Positions 42,665-44,668 of a stretch of DNA of 44,668 bases are shown piece by piece. Within the stretch, counting starts at the first letter, position 1, and the number at the start of each line of letters is the position of its first letter. Source of the DNA: Methylacidiphilum sp. (GTDB lineage: Bacteria; Verrucomicrobiota; Verrucomicrobiia; CAIQCK01); assembly GCA_020718125.1 (NCBI GenBank), contig DYDC01000001.1, positions 1 through 44,668 on the forward strand. Direction: 5' to 3'. The notes under the pieces were generated by a model, which was not told the DNA's origin, did not search any database, and was given only the letters and a program-made list of their open reading frames with translations. A program made the translations under genes and the position numbers.

Positions 42665-43460
42665 CCGCGACTTCATCTTCTACGCGCTCTGGGTTTACGT
42701 TGGCGCGTTCCTTTATTCACTCTACCTCCTGCACGGCCGCGTCCGATGGGAGAGCCGCGCGCACAAGGCACTGGTCGCCATCGGCTGGCTGCTGCACAGC
42801 TATGGCCTCTACCTCCGCGCTCGCGCCATCAGCCACTGCCCGGTCACGAATCTGTTCGAAACGCTGATGTTCATCACGTGGGCGCTCGTGCTGGTGTATC
42901 TGGCAATGGGCGTGTTGTGGCGCGTGTCGTTGCTGGGCGAGTTCACGCTGCCGCTGGTGATCGCCTGTGTCGCGTCGGGGTTGATCCCGGCGTTTGACCA
43001 GCCGCGCGCCGAAGACATGATCCGCAACGTCTGGCTGAGCCTGCACGCGGCCATCGCCCTCCTCAGCTACGGCGCGCTCGCGCTGGCCGGCGTCACCGGC
43101 GCGATGTATCTGGCCCAGGAGCGGCAGCTCAAAGCGCGGCGGATGAACGGCATCTTCGCGCGACTGCCCGCCATTGAACAACTCGACAGCATCAACTACC
43201 GGCTGTTGATCGTCGGCTTCATCTTCCTGACCGTCGGCATCGTGTTCGGGTTCGTGCTCGGCGCGGTGCTGATGAAGCCTGACACGCCCAAGACGCTTTG
43301 GTCCCTGGTCGTGTGGCTGCTCTACGGCGGCCTGCTGGGCGCGCGGATGACCCACCGGCTGCGCGGACGGAAGATCGCCCTCGGCTCCATCGTCGCGATG
43401 GCGTTCGTGCTCGCGACGTTCTGGGGCGTCAACATGCTGTCGGCCCAGCACAAGTTCTGA
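42657..43460 (+). CDS. cytochrome c assembly family membrane protein (CcsA/HemX-like)
   Basis: 267-aa polytopic membrane protein. Its position immediately upstream of hemA matches the hemA-hemX arrangement known in Bacillus. WLSLHAAIALLSYGA resembles the family core. Confidence 0.6.
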   Translation: MNDRDFIFYALWVYVGAFLYSLYLLHGRVRWESRAHKALVAIGWLLHSYGLYLRARAISHCPVTNLFETLMFITWALVLVYLAMGVLWRVSLLGEFTLPLVIACVASGLIPAFDQPRAEDMIRNVWLSLHAAIALLSYGALALAGVTGAMYLAQERQLKARRMNGIFARLPAIEQLDSINYRLLIVGFIFLTVGIVFGFVLGAVLMKPDTPKTLWSLVVWLLYGGLLGARMTHRLRGRKIALGSIVAMAFVLATFWGVNMLSAQHKF

Positions 43461-43462
43461 TC

Positions 43463-44494
43463 ATGGCCATCGTCGTCGTCGGCATCAGCCACCAAAGCGC
43501 GCCCGTCGAGGTCCGGGAGCGCGTCGCGTTCAGCCCCGGCCAGTTCGCGGAGGCGTTCGCAACCCTCCGCGCCGAGCCGGGCGTCGCCGAAGGCCTGATC
43601 GTCTCGACATGCAACCGCATGGAAATCTACGGCGCAGGGGCCGACCCGGCGGCAGTCATCCGCGGCATCGAGGACTTCATCCACCGCTTCCACGAACTGG
43701 ACGCGCGTCTTGGCGAGGCAATCTACCGCTACGAGGAGCCGCGCAGCATCGAGCATCTGTTCCGCGTCGTGTCGGGGCTGGAGTCCATGGTGCTGGGCGA
43801 GACGGAAATCCTCGGCCAGATGAAGGAAGCCTATGATCGGGCGTTCGGGGCCAAGGCCACTGGCAAGACATTGAACCAGCTTTTCCAGCGCGCGTTCCAG
43901 GTCGCGAAGAAAATCCGCTCCCAGACCGCCATCGTCCGGGGCGCCGTCTCCGTCGGCACGGTCGCGGTGGAGCTTGCGGAGAAGATCTTCGGCGAGCTGG
44001 GCCAGTCGCAGGTGATGATCATCGGCGCGGGCGACACCAGCGAGAAGACGGCCCGCGCGCTGTTGAGCCGCGGCGCGAAGACGGTCATCGTCGCCAACCG
44101 AACCCACGAGCGCGCCGTGGCGCTCGCGGCGGAACTGGGCGGCCGTGCCGTCCGCTTCGAGGAGTTCCCGCGGGAATTCGCCCGTGCCGACATCGCGGTC
44201 AGCTCGACCGCCGCCCCGCACCACATCGTAACCCGCGACAAGGTCGCGGCGATGATGCCGGCCCGTCGGAATCGGCCGCTGTTCCTGATAGACCTCGCCG
44301 TGCCGCGCGACATTGAGCCGGCCGTCAACGACCTCGACAACGTCTATCTCTACAACATTGACGACCTCCAAAGCATCGCCGACGAGAACATGCGCGCGAG
44401 GCAGGAGGAGATCGCCAAGTGCGAGGAGATGGTGGCCGCCAACGTCGCCAAGTTCCGTGAATGGTTGAACCGCCAGCCGCCCAGTCTGCCGTAG
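43463..44494 (+). CDS. hemA: glutamyl-tRNA reductase
   Basis: VVGISHQSAPVEVRE, STCNRMEIY (catalytic Cys), ESMVLGETEILGQ and IGAGDTSE motifs. Confidence 0.9.
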   Translation: MAIVVVGISHQSAPVEVRERVAFSPGQFAEAFATLRAEPGVAEGLIVSTCNRMEIYGAGADPAAVIRGIEDFIHRFHELDARLGEAIYRYEEPRSIEHLFRVVSGLESMVLGETEILGQMKEAYDRAFGAKATGKTLNQLFQRAFQVAKKIRSQTAIVRGAVSVGTVAVELAEKIFGELGQSQVMIIGAGDTSEKTARALLSRGAKTVIVANRTHERAVALAAELGGRAVRFEEFPREFARADIAVSSTAAPHHIVTRDKVAAMMPARRNRPLFLIDLAVPRDIEPAVNDLDNVYLYNIDDLQSIADENMRARQEEIAKCEEMVAANVAKFREWLNRQPPSLP

Positions 44495-44668
44495 TGGGCG
44501 GGCTGGTATGCATCTCTCTACGGCGCGAAGAGTGTTTTGGGGGAAGTAGTGCGCAGCGGAACCAGTTTCACAAGGCGTGTCTTGCCAGTAATACTATCTA
44601 GGGCGCAACTTGACACACGCGCCACGATCAAGTCCCAGAGGGACGGACGAGAATAGCCCGGCACTTTA

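Noticed and set aside
44495-44668. Lower-GC, ORF-free tail after hemA, with a GCCGTAG...CTACGGC 7-nt inverted repeat and a GGCGC...GCGCC hairpin.
   Set aside because: It is too short and is truncated by the window edge. It matches no RNA family I know, and the inverted repeat is weak. It could be a promoter or leader for the next gene.

Overview
High-GC (roughly 60-65% by eye) bacterial chromosomal window. Gene content suggests a PVC-superphylum organism, probably Verrucomicrobiota-like: TAT-signal Gfo/Idh/MocA oxidoreductases, futalosine-type menaquinone genes, and many short palindromic and heptameric repeats. All identifications come from reading the ORF translations and the DNA; no database search was run.

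The backbone is housekeeping. It includes ilvH, a sugar-oxidoreductase cluster with an AraC regulator, cbiX, mutT, an mqnD-like gene, xylB, bioF-bioA-bioD, vapBC, mpl, tRNA-Ser(GGA) and recA. It continues with alaS, an FMN riboswitch followed by ribBA-ribH-nusB, a PHP phosphatase, ftsY, ribD, ribE, RNase P RNA, and a sirC-like/hemX(ccsA-like)/hemA cluster.

The unusual layer is repeat biology:
1. alaS is about 200 codons too long. It contains a stop-free, in-frame HUH/Y1 (REP-associated tyrosine transposase-like) cassette bounded by perfect 24-nt inverted repeats made of small hairpins.
2. Two families of REPIN-like hairpin doublets sit in-frame, and in the same codon phase, inside bioF, bioA, ribD and a DUF763 remnant. 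Each adds about 24 residues.
3. Further GTAG-plus-hairpin REP-like units lie at gene ends and supply the stop codons of three genes.
4. Tandem heptanucleotide tracts mark several gene boundaries and also occur inside CDSs (mpl, Memo-like, mqnD-like).

Other oddities:
- a frameshifted CYTH gene;
- a 5'-truncated DUF763 gene wedged between ribD and ribE;
- an FMN aptamer with a 32-nt extra hairpin;
- a 147-bp inverted-repeat element that forms the 3' end of ilvH.

Long antisense ORFs in the six-frame track are typical high-GC artefacts and were not called.
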